A stretch of DNA of 24,030 nucleotides from a virus. Its lineage: Duplodnaviria; Caudoviricetes. Position 1 is the stretch's first letter. Every line of letters begins with the position of its first letter. Positions 23,797 to 24,030 of the stretch are shown here, piece by piece. Location: IMG/VR virus record IMGVR_UViG_3300038393_000202, positions 1-24,030 of that record; one strand, given 5' to 3'. Below the pieces are notes generated by a model, which did not search any database, was not told where the DNA came from, and saw only the letters and a list, made by a program, of their open reading frames with translations. Both the position numbers and the translations under genes were made by a program.

Positions 23797-24030
23797 CTAC
23801 TTCTCCTGCACGACGAAACCCAACGCGGCCTTGCGCTTCTGGTGCGCGTCGTAGCCCCATGCCGCCATCATGCCAAGGTGACGCGCCCTACCGCTGGCGA
23901 ACGTGGCGGGGTCGTAGAGCATCCCCTCGATGTCGTGGCGGTAGTCCCACAGTTCGCCAAGTGTCACGTTGTCGGCGTCAACTACCACCTCTAGGGCTAG
24001 TCCGAGCGGGTGGAGGAGCGTGCGGTTAAT
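23797..24030 (-). CDS. Hypothetical phage protein, start outside the window
   Basis: Frame is open from the window edge: INRTLLHPLGLALEVVVDADNVTLGELWDYRHDIEG... Confidence 0.6.
   Translation of the reverse strand: MNRTLLHPLGLALEVVVDADNVTLGELWDYRHDIEGMLYDPATFASGRARHLGMMAAWGYDAHQKRKAALGFVVQEK

Larger units (their letters stand above)
1..24030 (-). mobile_element. Tailed (siphovirus-like) phage or prophage: packaging, head and tail module
   Basis: Canonical minus-strand gene order terminase-portal-protease-capsid-connectors-major tail-chaperones-tape measure-tail tip. No sheath gene, integrase or att site is visible, so free phage versus prophage cannot be decided. Confidence 0.95.

Overview
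This window is the late (virion morphogenesis) region of a GC-rich siphovirus-like tailed phage or prophage. AGGAGG ribosome-binding sites and sigma70/sigmaA-type promoters suggest a Bacillota host (inference). On the minus strand the order is terminase small and large, portal, prohead protease/scaffold, decoration, major capsid, head-tail connectors (with an inserted PPP-family phosphatase), major tail, tail chaperones, tape measure (TMP), and tail-tip proteins. The standout is a ~2.6-kb cassette (8268-10835) between the tail chaperones and TMP. It holds an HTH regulator, a stand-alone RAMP/Cas7-like protein, a translationally coupled HNH nuclease, and a ~370-nt non-coding region. That region contains two pseudoknotted type II hammerhead ribozymes, each followed by a 5-nt-period (NN-GGY)n array, and ends in a perfect 21-bp hairpin. 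Read as codon positions 1-2 with the wobble base skipped, the NN dinucleotides spell diverged versions of two segments of the adjacent TMP gene. The match is strong for array B and weaker for array A. I infer a ribozyme-processed, RNA-guided system with a gapped code, aimed at TMP genes of related phages. The RAMP plus GGY/NN architecture resembles the VIPR systems I recall being reported recently (from memory, not verified). All calls are by eye from the sequence; no database searches were run.
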